Below, piece by piece: positions 34,760 to 44,983 of a DNA stretch of 44,983 nucleotides; the stretch's first letter is position 1, and every line of letters starts with the position of its first letter. Position numbers and translations under genes: made by a program. This stretch comes from Polyangiales bacterium (GTDB lineage Bacteria > Myxococcota_A > Polyangia > Polyangiales > Houyiibacteriaceae). The stretch lies in assembly GCA_041581895.1 (NCBI GenBank), contig JBFICQ010000001.1, positions 1 to 44,983 on the forward strand. The letters run 5' to 3'. A model generated the notes under the pieces. The model saw only the letters and a program-made list of their open reading frames with translations, was not told the DNA's origin and searched no databases.

Positions 34760-35382
34760 CCGCCCCCGGAGTTGCGAAGGAACTCTAGAAATTCAGCGAG
34801 GCGTTCGTGGTCCCTGACGAGCACGAACCCGCCCGAAACTTCGATCACTCCGACGCGGGTGAGTCGGCGCAGAGCGCGCCGGACTTCATCTCGCTTGATC
34901 CCTAGCTTGAGGGCGAGCTCCGAGTCGGTGATGTCGGGAGCCGACGAGCCATTGGCGGGTTGAAGCATGTCTTGGACCTCGAGAATGACACGCGCGGTGA
35001 CGTCGTCCTCGAGGAGGATGTCGATGAAACGGTTTGCCTTCTCGAGTCGCTCGGCAAGATGTCGAATCAGTCGAATCGCCACTTCACCGGCATCGAGGAT
35101 CATCTCCTGGAGCTTCTCGGTCGGTACTTTGAGGAGCTCTGCCTCTTCGAGCACCTCGACGGTAGCCGACCGCGCACCCCCGGTCACGACCGCCATCTCT
35201 CCGAAGAAATCGCCCGGGCCGAGGGTCGTGACCACGCGTTGGCGCCCGTTTGATTCCTTGACGACGCGGACTTTACCCGCGCGAATGACGTACATCGACT
35301 GGCCGGGGTCCCCCTGGCGAAAAACCGTCGTACCCTCCGAAAGACGAACGCCAAATCTCTCAGCCAAAGACTGATCCACCAT
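34756..35382 (-). CDS. Crp/Fnr-family regulator with a cyclic-nucleotide-binding domain
   Basis: FRQGDPGQSMYVIRAGKVRVV..LGPGDFFGEMAVVTGGARSATV is the cNMP-binding motif. C-terminal winged HTH LALKLGIKRDEVRRALRRLTRVGVIEV. Its stop overlaps the PDE ATG as ATGA. Confidence 0.85.
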   Translation of the reverse strand: MVDQSLAERFGVRLSEGTTVFRQGDPGQSMYVIRAGKVRVVKESNGRQRVVTTLGPGDFFGEMAVVTGGARSATVEVLEEAELLKVPTEKLQEMILDAGEVAIRLIRHLAERLEKANRFIDILLEDDVTARVILEVQDMLQPANGSSAPDITDSELALKLGIKRDEVRRALRRLTRVGVIEVSGGFVLVRDHERLAEFLEFLRNSGGG

Positions 35383-35457
35383 CCCCGCCTAATCACTCTA
35401 ACGCGCTGCGAAGTCGACCGCCAGATCGTTAGGACGTAATCTCACGACCGAGCGCTG

Positions 35458-36918
35458 ATGACGGTCGACTGGGAGCAAGTCCTGGCTTTCGCGCCCGCCG
35501 CGGGCATCGCGTTGAGCATCCTGCTCGCGTTTCTCGCCTCCGGGCACGTCATCCTCAACAAAGTCGACACCCGTGCCGCGACCGGGTGGGTCGGCTTGAT
35601 TTGGCTGGCGCCAGTCCTCGGAGCGACCCTGTACCTCTTTCTCGGGATCAATCGAATCCAGCGGCGCGCTAGGGGGCTCAAATCGAGCGCGATCCATTAC
35701 GGTGTGCCTTTGGACGAGGCCCCAAGCTCACCCGCAGACCTGGATCGAGAGCTGGGCGTCGAACGGGCACGCTTCGTGGAGCTCGCGCGCGTCGTGAGCG
35801 ACGTCTCCTCGCGGCCGTTGGTCGTGGGCAACTCGATCGACCGGCTAGTCGATGGCGACGAAGCGTATCCGGAGATGCTGTCCGCGATTCAAGGTGCAAG
35901 TCGCTCGATCGCACTCGTGAGCTACATCTTCGAAGCGACCGGAGTGGGCGCCGAGCTCGTCAGTGCGTTGGCACACGCGAGCGAGCGGGGAGTCGAGGTT
36001 CGTGTGTTGATCGACGACGTCGGAACGCGATACGCACGTCCGCGGATTCATCGTGTGCTTCGAAAGCGTGGCGTTCCGGTGGCCAGGTTCTTACCCGCGC
36101 TTCTCCCGCGCAGCATGACGCACTTCAACTTGCGCAACCATCGAAAGATCATGGTCGTCGATGGTCAGATCGGTTTCACGGGGGGGATGAACATAAGACA
36201 GGGTTGCGTTCTCGCATCGCACCCGAAGTACGCCACCAGGGATCTTCACTTCCGGGTCGAAGGCCCGGTCGTGGGTCAGCTCCAGGAGGCCTTCGCGGAG
36301 GATTGGGCGTTTGTCACCGATGAGAAGCTCGAAGGCCCTCTTTGGTTTCCCGATCTCGAGCCCCACGGGCAAACAGTTGCGCGCGGGATCAGCGATGGCC
36401 CCGACGCGAACATCGACGCGTTGCACTGGGTCTTTTTGGCGGCGGTCGGAGCGGCACGCCGATCGATTCGCATAATGACGCCGTATTTTCTTCCGGAGCA
36501 GGTCTTGTTGAAAGCCTTGCATCTCGCTGCGAAGCGAGGAGTGGAGGTCGACGTGATCGTTCCGGAGATCGGAAACCTGCCCGTGGTTCGCTGGGCGATG
36601 TGGGGGCACTACGCCGAAGCGCTCAAGGAAGGGGTTCGCCTCTGGCTCACACAGCCTCCATTCGATCATTCGAAACTTTTCGTCGTCGACGGATACTGGT
36701 CCTCGATCGGCTCGGCCAACTGGGATCCCCGAAGTCTTCGACTCAATTTCGAGTTCAACCTCGAATGCTACGACGAGATGTTTGCCACGAGCCTCGAAGC
36801 CCACGTTCGCGAACGGCTCGAGGGCGCACGACTGCTCACCTCCGAAGAGCTCGAGGCGAGGAGCACGTTGCTGAAGCTTCGGGACGGTGCGGCGCGGCTG
36901 TTTACACCTTATCTGTGA
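35458..36918 (+). CDS. cls: cardiolipin synthase (two HKD motifs)
   Basis: Two N-terminal TM helices. HRKIMVVDGQIGFTGGMN and HSKLFVVDGYWSSIGSANWDPRS are the two PLD HKD motifs. Confidence 0.9.
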   Translation: MTVDWEQVLAFAPAAGIALSILLAFLASGHVILNKVDTRAATGWVGLIWLAPVLGATLYLFLGINRIQRRARGLKSSAIHYGVPLDEAPSSPADLDRELGVERARFVELARVVSDVSSRPLVVGNSIDRLVDGDEAYPEMLSAIQGASRSIALVSYIFEATGVGAELVSALAHASERGVEVRVLIDDVGTRYARPRIHRVLRKRGVPVARFLPALLPRSMTHFNLRNHRKIMVVDGQIGFTGGMNIRQGCVLASHPKYATRDLHFRVEGPVVGQLQEAFAEDWAFVTDEKLEGPLWFPDLEPHGQTVARGISDGPDANIDALHWVFLAAVGAARRSIRIMTPYFLPEQVLLKALHLAAKRGVEVDVIVPEIGNLPVVRWAMWGHYAEALKEGVRLWLTQPPFDHSKLFVVDGYWSSIGSANWDPRSLRLNFEFNLECYDEMFATSLEAHVRERLEGARLLTSEELEARSTLLKLRDGAARLFTPYL

Positions 36919-36920
36919 GC

Positions 36921-37580
36921 TCAGCCGAGCTCCAAGAGGCGCTTCGAAGTGGCGGGGGCGGCGGAGGGTGCGACGGCTAGGTGTGCGCGCAGGAGTCGCA
37001 GGTCAGCCGGCCCGTCGATGTCGTACCAAGGCGAGGTAACGGCCACCCGGATATCGGCGTTTGCTTGTTTGGTATCTTTGAAAGCAAAGGGAGTCGACCA
37101 GCGAACGCCCTCGAACGTCGGTCGAACCCGATGAGATGCCCCGATGGCGTAGTATCCGCCATCGCTCGCGGGCCCGAGCATCATCGAGTGGTTGTTTAGC
37201 GACTCAAAAGCATCGACGATTAAACCAACAGGCAACGTGGGCGCGTCGCTTCCGACGATCACGACCCGTTCGTAGCGAGCCAACCCTTCTTCGAACGCGG
37301 CGCCGAGTCGAACGCCGAGGTCGCCCTTCGGTTGGATGCGCACAGTCGCTCCCATGGTCGCTGCCCAGGTCACGACTCGGTCTACAGGTGCTCCTGCGCA
37401 CCAGATCGCGAGGTCGACGCGGCCTAGAGATCGGATCCGCGCGCATAGGCGCAGGGTATCCTCGACGAAGGCCTCGTAGAGGTCGGCCGCGCCCTGTTCA
37501 CCGAGCGACTCGGCCAAGCGCGTCTTGGTGATGCCCGCGACCGGAGGCCGCAGAAACAAAGCCAGCTGCGCTAGGTCCAT
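36921..37580 (-). CDS. DUF2064 / TIGR04282-type nucleotidyltransferase-fold protein
   Basis: LFLRPPVAGITKTRL, IVGSDAPTLP and GPASDGGYYAIG match the DUF2064 pattern. The start at 37580 overlaps the upstream GT2 gene by 10 nt. The track ORF extends 91 codons further upstream. Confidence 0.75.
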   Translation of the reverse strand: MDLAQLALFLRPPVAGITKTRLAESLGEQGAADLYEAFVEDTLRLCARIRSLGRVDLAIWCAGAPVDRVVTWAATMGATVRIQPKGDLGVRLGAAFEEGLARYERVVIVGSDAPTLPVGLIVDAFESLNNHSMMLGPASDGGYYAIGASHRVRPTFEGVRWSTPFAFKDTKQANADIRVAVTSPWYDIDGPADLRLLRAHLAVAPSAAPATSKRLLELG

Positions 37581-38257
37581 GCGTGGCGGCCCAGCAGCCA
37601 GAGGATCTTTGCGCCCGCGCTGACGGAGCCCTTCACGGTACCGCTTACTTTGGATGCGCCGATGCGCGCGCGATACGAGACAGGGACCTCGCGATACGGG
37701 ATCCCTAGCTTGGCCGCTTTGATCTGCATCTCGACGGTCCAGCCGAAGTTTCGGTCTCGCATCCCAATGAGCTCGAGCGTGCGCCAGCGAACGGCGCGGA
37801 AGGGCCCCAAATCGGTGTAGTTCACGCCATAGAGCAGCCGAAGCGCGCGACATGCGATGAGGTTGCCAACCTGTTGCTGGATGCTGAGCGATCCAATCTC
37901 TCGGCGCCCCGTCGCGCGCGACCCAATGACGAGCTCGGCTTCGCCCCGGAGAATCGGCTCTACCAACGATGGAAGCTCGGACGCGTGGTCGCTGTAGTCG
38001 CCGTCCAAGAAGGCAACGACCTCTGGAGGGTTCGTAGCCAGGTGATCGAGCGCCCGAAGGCAGGCTGCCCCGTAACCGCGCTCAGCCTCGTGCACCACCT
38101 CGGCGCCGGCTGCACGAGCCACCTCGGCAGTGTCGTCAGTCGATCCGTTATCCGCCACCACGATACGGCGGACGAGCGGGCGCGGGATCTCTCCGAGCAC
38201 TTTGGGGAGGGCTCGCTCCTCGTTCAATGCGGGAATGACGACGTCGACGATAGCCAT
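37571..38257 (-). CDS. family-2 glycosyltransferase (DPM1-like, usual partner of DUF2064)
   Basis: VVIPALNEERALP, VADNGSTDDT and LDGDYSD (a DxD motif) are GT2 hallmarks. Confidence 0.85.
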   Translation of the reverse strand: MAIVDVVIPALNEERALPKVLGEIPRPLVRRIVVADNGSTDDTAEVARAAGAEVVHEAERGYGAACLRALDHLATNPPEVVAFLDGDYSDHASELPSLVEPILRGEAELVIGSRATGRREIGSLSIQQQVGNLIACRALRLLYGVNYTDLGPFRAVRWRTLELIGMRDRNFGWTVEMQIKAAKLGIPYREVPVSYRARIGASKVSGTVKGSVSAGAKILWLLGRHAWT

Positions 38258-38286
38258 GGCAGGGGGATAGCCCCTTTGTCGAGCCT

Positions 38287-38907
38287 TTAGAGACGCTTCG
38301 AGTAGTACTCGATGACGAGGTCGATCTCGAGAGGGAAGGGCACCGAGTCGGGCTTTGGAAGCGCCTTGGCGGTAGCGGTCTTCTTGCCCTCGTCAAACTC
38401 GATCCAGTCGGGCCGCGCGATGCGGACGTCCTCGAGGGCTGCATCGACCGAAGCCAGGTCTCGGCTCCGCTCGCGAAGACTGACGACATCGCCCTCGCGC
38501 ACGCGATAGGAAGGAATGTCGAGTCGCTTGCCGTTCACGAGGAAGTGGCCGTGGCAAACGAGCTGGCGAGCTGCCGGGATGGTTGGCGCGAAGCCCGCTC
38601 GGAACACGAAGTTGTCGAGGCGTCGCTCGAGGAGCTCGAGGAGCTTGTCACCGGACGGGTCTTTGCTGTGCACCGCCTCGCGGTAGAGCCGCATGAACTG
38701 GCCCTCGTTGAGGCCGTAGTTGAAGCGCAGCTTTTGTTTCTCGAGAAGCTGCTTTTTGAAGTCGCTCATCTTGCGGCGGCGCGCTGACTTCGGCCCATGA
38801 ACACCGGGCGGATACGGGCGGTTCCACATGCTCTTGCGCGAGAGCCCCGGCAGGTCGATGCCGAGGGCGCGCATGCGCTTTACCCGAGGTCCTGTGTATC
38901 GAGACAT
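38287..38907 (-). CDS. rpsD: 30S ribosomal protein S4
   Basis: MSRYTGPRVKRMRALG..., YGLNEGQF and the S4 domain RLDNFVFRAGFAPTIPAARQLVCHGHFLVNGKRLDIPSYRV. Confidence 0.97.
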   Translation of the reverse strand: MSRYTGPRVKRMRALGIDLPGLSRKSMWNRPYPPGVHGPKSARRRKMSDFKKQLLEKQKLRFNYGLNEGQFMRLYREAVHSKDPSGDKLLELLERRLDNFVFRAGFAPTIPAARQLVCHGHFLVNGKRLDIPSYRVREGDVVSLRERSRDLASVDAALEDVRIARPDWIEFDEGKKTATAKALPKPDSVPFPLEIDLVIEYYSKRL

Positions 38908-39067
38908 TTACTAGGCTCCCAGCACGAAATCCGACGGCTTTTCGGCGGCTCGCGCGAAGGCGGCCCTTGTAGCGGCATTCTGCCGCCGAGGCAAATCGAG
39001 GGGGAATCGTAAGTCCGTGGGGTGGGCGTTGGGTAGCGTAAGGTCGAATTTCTGGGTAACCAGGGGC

Positions 39068-40470
<1,403 letters not shown>

Positions 40471-40474
<4 letters not shown>

Positions 40475-41199
40475 GGTGGACTGAGCTCGCCCTCGTGCTC
40501 GTGTTGCTGGCGGCTGTGAGCGGCTGCGCAACGGCGGTGCCGGCGATGGTCGGCGGCTCGACCACACCGAAGCACCGAACCGACATCGGCCTTGGGGGAG
40601 CGGCGCGCGTCCCCCTCGGGGATTTGAAGGACCCAGTCGTGACGGATCCGGGCGACTTGGGTTATCGGGAAGCTGCCGATGCCGGGGGCGTCGTGCCAAT
40701 GGCCTATGCGCGCTACGGCTTGACCAAGACTTGGGACCTTGGACTGATGGTCGCAGGCACGATGGTACGGGCTGATGCACGCCACGAAACCCTGTTACGC
40801 GATGGCTCAACGCGATCGAGCCTCGTCGTCGGGATCGCGCCCTACGGCGGTTGGATCACCGATCGGGATGGCTCGGGAAGCGGTGGCCGCGTCGGCCTCG
40901 AGGTGCCGTTCACGTTCGGTGTCGACATCGGTGGCATTTACGAGTTCTGGATAGGCGCCCGGGGCAGTGGCGAGTACGTCCTTGGAGACTTCCGGGTTTC
41001 GGGCAGCAAAGCGCGCGCAAGCGGCGCCGGTCTGCGAATCGGACCGGTGATCGGGATGGCTCTCGGGATCCGCCGGTTCCATGCGTTGATCGAGCTCACC
41101 GCCGCCTACGAGCATTGGTTCATCGATCACGCCGGGGTTTCGCTCGATCGGGGCGGCTTTGCGCTGATTCCTGGCTTTGGCCTAAGGCTAAGGTTGTAG
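40471..41199 (+). CDS. lipoprotein, Gly-rich beta-strand protein of unknown function
   Basis: The GTG start overlaps the rimO stop as GTGA. MRWTELALVLVLLAAVSGC is a lipobox signal. Confidence 0.65.
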
Positions 41200-41219
41200 A
41201 GATCTGAGCCGTTCGCGAC

Positions 41220-41783
41220 TCATGCAGCCTTGGCGCGGGGCGAGCGTTTCTTGCCCTTGCGTTTCGGCTTTGCGACCTCGTCGCCCCTCAGGAGGTTGCC
41301 GACGAACGCACCCATCAAGGCCATCATCGTCGCCATCAGCGCCCCCAAAATGTAAGCGCCGAGCGAGAGTTGATAGACGTCGGCAATGCTCGACAGATAC
41401 GCCATCGTGGGAATGGCCGCGAGAAGGCCGCCGACTGGAGGCTCGAGGAAGTTCTTGCCGGCCGAGATGTAGTTAATCGCTGCTGCCCCGACGAACCAAA
41501 GCGCGATTGCGATGACGATGCCCGGAAAGCCCTGGGGGTCATACCGCGTGATCAAAAGCGGCAGCAGACCGAGGGCCAACGCGGCCATCACCAAGAAGAG
41601 GCCGAACGAGATCGCGACCCACCGAAGCTCGAACCTGTCGGGCTGGTGCCTGCGAGCATGAGCCTCCTCTTCGGTGAGCTCGGCCAGCAGCTCCGAAAGA
41701 CGGGCCCCACACGAGCGGCATCGCTCGGTCCCCCCTGGGTTGAGTGCACCGCACACGTGGCATTCGATCTGGTCGGCAGCCAT
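41220..41783 (-). CDS. zinc-ribbon membrane protein
   Basis: N-terminal CHVC..x12..CRSC zinc ribbon, four hydrophobic helices and a Lys/Arg-rich tail. Confidence 0.65.
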   Translation of the reverse strand: MAADQIECHVCGALNPGGTERCRSCGARLSELLAELTEEEAHARRHQPDRFELRWVAISFGLFLVMAALALGLLPLLITRYDPQGFPGIVIAIALWFVGAAAINYISAGKNFLEPPVGGLLAAIPTMAYLSSIADVYQLSLGAYILGALMATMMALMGAFVGNLLRGDEVAKPKRKGKKRSPRAKAA

Positions 41784-41881
41784 ATCTCCTCACTCCGCTG
41801 TTTGCGTATCCCCGCGGGGCATTGTCTACGGCGACGAGCCCGAGTGCAACTGCCTGTACATTCGACGAAAACCTCCCTGCC

Positions 41882-41909
41882 TTGACGTGACGACCGGGGC
41901 CGCTACCTT
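41882..41909 (+). promoter_or_regulatory. sigma-70-like promoter of aspS
   Basis: TTGACG (41882-41887), 16-nt spacer and TACCTT (41904-41909). AAGGAGG at 41935-41941 precedes the GTG start at 41948. Confidence 0.4.
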
Positions 41910-41947
41910 CCCGCACCGCCGAAATTGCGGCGACAAGGAGGCCTGGA

Positions 41948-43819
41948 GTGGCCCGGTTTATCGACGAGCTGAAGCGAACACATTCCTGCGGCGAGCTACG
42001 TGAGGGCCACATCGGACAGGAGTCCGTCTTGTTCGGATGGGTTCAGAATCGACGCGACCACGGCGGTTGCATCTTCATCGACCTGCGAGACCGGGAGGGA
42101 CTGACCCAAGTCGTGTTCGACCCCGAGACGAGCGCCAAGGAAGCGTTCGAGACGGCGGACCGCGCGCGGTCCGAATGGGTCCTCGGGGTCCGCGGGACGG
42201 TGCGTGACCGGGGCGCCAAAGACGACGGGACGAGTCTTCGAAACCCTCGCCTCGCGACGGGAGCCATTGAAATCATCGCAGCGGAGGCGACGGTCTTCAA
42301 CAAGGCCGATACAACGCCTTTCGAGATCGAGGACGAAATATCCACGCACGAAGACAAGCGGTTGGAGTTTCGTTACCTCGATTTGCGGCGCGCACCTCTC
42401 CAAAAGAACCTGCTGATGCGGAGCCGTCTCAACCACGAGACGCGCAACTACTTCCAAGAGGAAGGGTTTCTCGAGGTCGAAACCCCCTTCATGGTCCGGT
42501 ACACCCCGGGCGGCGCGCGGAACTTCTTGGTGCCTTCACGACTCTATGGGGGTCACTTCTACGCACTCGCTGAAAGCCCCCAACTTTACAAACAGCTTTT
42601 GATGGTAGCGGGTTACGACAAGTACTACCAGCTCGTGCGCTGTTTCCGAGACGAGGACCTTCGCGTCGATCGCCAACCGGAGTTTACCCAGATCGACGTC
42701 GAGATGTCGTTCATCAACCAGGACGACCTCTTCCGAGTGATCGAGGGGCTCATATTCCGCCTGTGGAGGGAGGTGCTGGGTGTCGACCTCGAGCAACTCT
42801 ACCCCGATCGAACCTTCCCCCGCCTGCCATACGACCAATCGATGGAGCGGTTCGGCAACGACAAGCCCGACATGCGGTTTGCCATGGAGCATGTCGACCT
42901 CACGGCACTCACGATCGAGCATGGTGGCGGAGGGATCGGCATGCTCGAGCCCATCGCAAAGAAGTTCAAAGACGGAGTGTATCGGCGAGACCTCCCGACC
43001 GAAATCGTCAAGGCGATGGTCGTTCCCGCCGGGCATGGGTTTTCTCGCAAGGACCTCGACGCCTTCGAGAAGTTCGTCGGGCAGATGGGTGCCAAAGGCT
43101 TGGCACGGGCCAAGATCGACGCCGAAGGCAACTGGCTGCAAAGCCCGCTCGCCAAGATGGTCACGCCGGAGTTCCGCAAGGCGATCAACGAAACGGTTGG
43201 CGCAAAGGATGGCGACTTGATCCTCTTTCAATTCGGGCCAGCACACAAGGTGAACACGGTGATGGCCAACCTGCGGCTCCACGTAGCGCGCAAGCTCGGG
43301 CTGATCCCCGAGACGGGGAGTGGTGGCGAATGGAACTTCCTTTGGGTGGTCGACCCACCGCTTTTCGAGCGCAACGAAGAAAAGAAACGCTGGGAGGCGG
43401 CTCACCACGTGTTCACCCGCCCACACGACGAATGCATCGAGCTGCTCGATAGCGACCCAGGTAAAGTGCTCTCCTATCGGTATGACCTCGTGCTCAACGG
43501 CTTCGAGATCGCTGGCGGCTCGATCCGTCTGCACGACCCAGAGGTCCAAAAGAAGGTCTTCGAGGTGATCGGCCTCGGCCACGAAGAAGCGCGCGAGCAG
43601 TTTGGTTTTCTGCTCGATGCGTTGAACTACGGGGCTCCACCCCATGGTGGCATCGCCTTCGGAATGGATCGGATAGCCATGCTCGCAGCCGAGACGGAGT
43701 CGATTCGGGACGTGATCGCCTTCCCGAAGACGCAGCGTGCCAACGACTTGATGACCCGCGCCCCGTCGCGAGTGGACCCCGAGCAGCTCCTCGAGCTCAA
43801 GATCAAAACCCTCGAATAA
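41948..43819 (+). CDS. aspS: aspartate--tRNA ligase
   Basis: OB anticodon-binding N-terminus (GWVQNRRDHGGCIFIDLRDREG). Class II motifs FRDEDLRVDRQPEFTQID, GGSIRLHD and GIAFGMDR. Confidence 0.95.
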   Translation: MARFIDELKRTHSCGELREGHIGQESVLFGWVQNRRDHGGCIFIDLRDREGLTQVVFDPETSAKEAFETADRARSEWVLGVRGTVRDRGAKDDGTSLRNPRLATGAIEIIAAEATVFNKADTTPFEIEDEISTHEDKRLEFRYLDLRRAPLQKNLLMRSRLNHETRNYFQEEGFLEVETPFMVRYTPGGARNFLVPSRLYGGHFYALAESPQLYKQLLMVAGYDKYYQLVRCFRDEDLRVDRQPEFTQIDVEMSFINQDDLFRVIEGLIFRLWREVLGVDLEQLYPDRTFPRLPYDQSMERFGNDKPDMRFAMEHVDLTALTIEHGGGGIGMLEPIAKKFKDGVYRRDLPTEIVKAMVVPAGHGFSRKDLDAFEKFVGQMGAKGLARAKIDAEGNWLQSPLAKMVTPEFRKAINETVGAKDGDLILFQFGPAHKVNTVMANLRLHVARKLGLIPETGSGGEWNFLWVVDPPLFERNEEKKRWEAAHHVFTRPHDECIELLDSDPGKVLSYRYDLVLNGFEIAGGSIRLHDPEVQKKVFEVIGLGHEEAREQFGFLLDALNYGAPPHGGIAFGMDRIAMLAAETESIRDVIAFPKTQRANDLMTRAPSRVDPEQLLELKIKTLE

Positions 43820-43890
43820 ATGCGGCGAGCGAGGGTGATGAATAGCGAGAACTTGCCGAGCGTCTTCATCTACGGACAATGTGGGTCATC

Positions 43891-44223
43891 ATGAAAGCTC
43901 CCATCCGATCGTTGTTGTTTGCTCTGTTTGTGCTCTTCGTGGCTCTGCCTGGGGCTCCCTCGAGCGCCAAGGACGACCCCAACTCCATGAAGAACTGCTA
44001 CCACGTGCGTGGGGAAGCGCGGTACGGCGCGCTCGGTTACAACCACGTCGTGATCGTGACCAACAAGTGCGATTTGACGCTCAAGTGCGAGGTGTGGACC
44101 GACGTCGATCCCTCACCGCGAATTCCTCTGACCGTCGGCCCGAACGCCACCGAAGAGGCTACCTGTCGAATCAACTCGCCGGCGCGCGGCTTCAAGGCCT
44201 TTGGCGAGTGCAAGAAAGAGTAG
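43891..44223 (+). CDS. small secreted Cys-containing protein, unknown function
   Basis: MKAPIRSLLFALFVLFVALPGAPSSA is a signal peptide, followed by a mature domain of about 85 aa with five Cys. Confidence 0.55.
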   Translation: MKAPIRSLLFALFVLFVALPGAPSSAKDDPNSMKNCYHVRGEARYGALGYNHVVIVTNKCDLTLKCEVWTDVDPSPRIPLTVGPNATEEATCRINSPARGFKAFGECKKE

Positions 44224-44270
44224 TCCTTCGTTCCGTCGTGGATCTCGGTCGGCCAATGGTTCGTCGATTC

Positions 44271-44345
44271 CCACCGCCCCCACGCTATCGCCCGGGCGCC
44301 TTCGGCGACCAATTTGTCCCACCCCACCACCCCCGCGCTATCGCC
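44271..44345. repeat. 22-nt direct repeat (2 mismatches), 53-nt period, between convergent genes
   Basis: CCACCGCCCCCACGCTATCGCC (44271-44292) and CCACCACCCCCGCGCTATCGCC (44324-44345). The second copy spans the dapE stop codon. Confidence 0.4.
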
Positions 44346-44983
44346 TAGGAAGCGTGGTCAGGAAGCGCTCGAATATCGCATAGCCTTCGTGCAGCTTGTC
44401 GAGCTCGGTGTACTCGTTCGGCTGGTGCGCTTGAGCCGCCGTGCCGGGCCCGAGGTTCACGCCGGGCACACCGATACTGTCGAAGCGAGCGACGTCGGTC
44501 CACGCTTGCTTGCTTCGTACCTTGGTCACGCCGCAAGTCATGAGGTGCTGAATCAACGGGTCGGTGGCATGAGGATGTCCCGCAGGCGAGAGGTCCGTTG
44601 CCCGTACTTCACACCGTTCGTCGACCAGCGCGCGCACGTCGGTGAGGGCCTCTTCGGGAGTTCTTCCCGGGGCGAAACGGTAATTGACGTTGATGTCGAC
44701 CTCGCTTGGGACCACATTGCGCGCGCTTCCGCCTGAAATCACGGTCGGTGTCATCACCTCGCGGAAGATGTAACCGTCGATCTCGACGTCGTGCGGCTGG
44801 CGTTCCTCGAGGCGGCTCAAGAAAGCGGCGGCCTTGTAGAGCGCATTGTCGCCTTGCCAGGGGCGCGCGCTGTGGGCGGTACGCCCACGAAAAGTGATCG
44901 TGGCATGGACCGACCCCATCGCCCCGAGCTGCAGCTCGTTGTCGCTCGGCTCGAGACAGATCGCCAAGCTCAACTCGCGCAAC
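44338..44983 (-). CDS. dapE: succinyl-diaminopimelate desuccinylase (M20 peptidase, actinobacterial-type DapE); N-terminal part outside the window
   Basis: GRTAHSARPWQGDNALYKAA, ISGGSARNVVPSEVDINVNYRFAP and WTDVARFDSIGVPGVNLGPG..AHQPNE match the DapE/ArgE M20 pattern. The frame is open to the window edge. Confidence 0.8.
   Translation of the reverse strand, partial: LRELSLAICLEPSDNELQLGAMGSVHATITFRGRTAHSARPWQGDNALYKAAAFLSRLEERQPHDVEIDGYIFREVMTPTVISGGSARNVVPSEVDINVNYRFAPGRTPEEALTDVRALVDERCEVRATDLSPAGHPHATDPLIQHLMTCGVTKVRSKQAWTDVARFDSIGVPGVNLGPGTAAQAHQPNEYTELDKLHEGYAIFERFLTTLPRR

Noticed and set aside
35383-35457. A Crp-type operator in the regulator/cls divergent region
   Set aside because: There are only weak repeats (TAATCAC / TAATCTCAC, CTAACG..CGTTAG) and no TGTGA-N6-TCACA-like palindrome. 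Support is insufficient.

Overview
High-GC, gene-dense chromosomal window with about 45 protein genes and almost no non-coding DNA. The PilZ/TIGR02266-type domain, PEGA Ser/Thr kinase and TonB_C-fused outer-membrane barrel point to a Myxococcota-like deltaproteobacterium; that assignment is inference. I found no rRNA, tRNA, CRISPR array, transposase or integrase.

Gene content from left to right:
- PilZ fragment, folK with a C-terminal extension, xseA and aroE.
- A sigma-54 enhancer-binding protein transcribed divergently from a pspA-like gene. A textbook -24/-12 promoter lies between them, and pspA is followed by a polytopic membrane protein.
- lgt.
- A minus-strand block of a TonB_C-fused TonB-dependent-receptor-like barrel, a lipoprotein, a Hanks kinase and a 3xLysM protein.
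- A roughly 10 kb phosphate island (pstSCAB-phoU, lipoprotein, OprP-like porin, phoR-phoB, DUF47-PiT) with three recognisable Pho boxes.
- ychF.
- An exported-protein cluster containing two tandem paralogous lipoproteins.
- A Crp-like regulator with a class-II cNMP phosphodiesterase.
- cls, a GT2/DUF2064 pair, rpsD, rimO, aspS and a dapE fragment.

Most interesting observations:
1. The two paralogous lipoproteins (29272-32974) carry the complete His/His/His + HxH + Met ligand pattern and flanking signatures of PHM/DBH-type copper monooxygenases. This is fused to an N-terminal CX4CH cytochrome-c-like module.
2. An orphan non-coding tract of about 365 nt (33624-33988) has a sigma-70-like promoter, overlapping hairpins and a bidirectional terminator. 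It matches no RNA family I can recognise.
3. The Psp-like sigma-54 module is built around an activator with an unassigned N-terminal domain of about 200 aa.

All functional calls come from motif recognition by eye. No database search was run.
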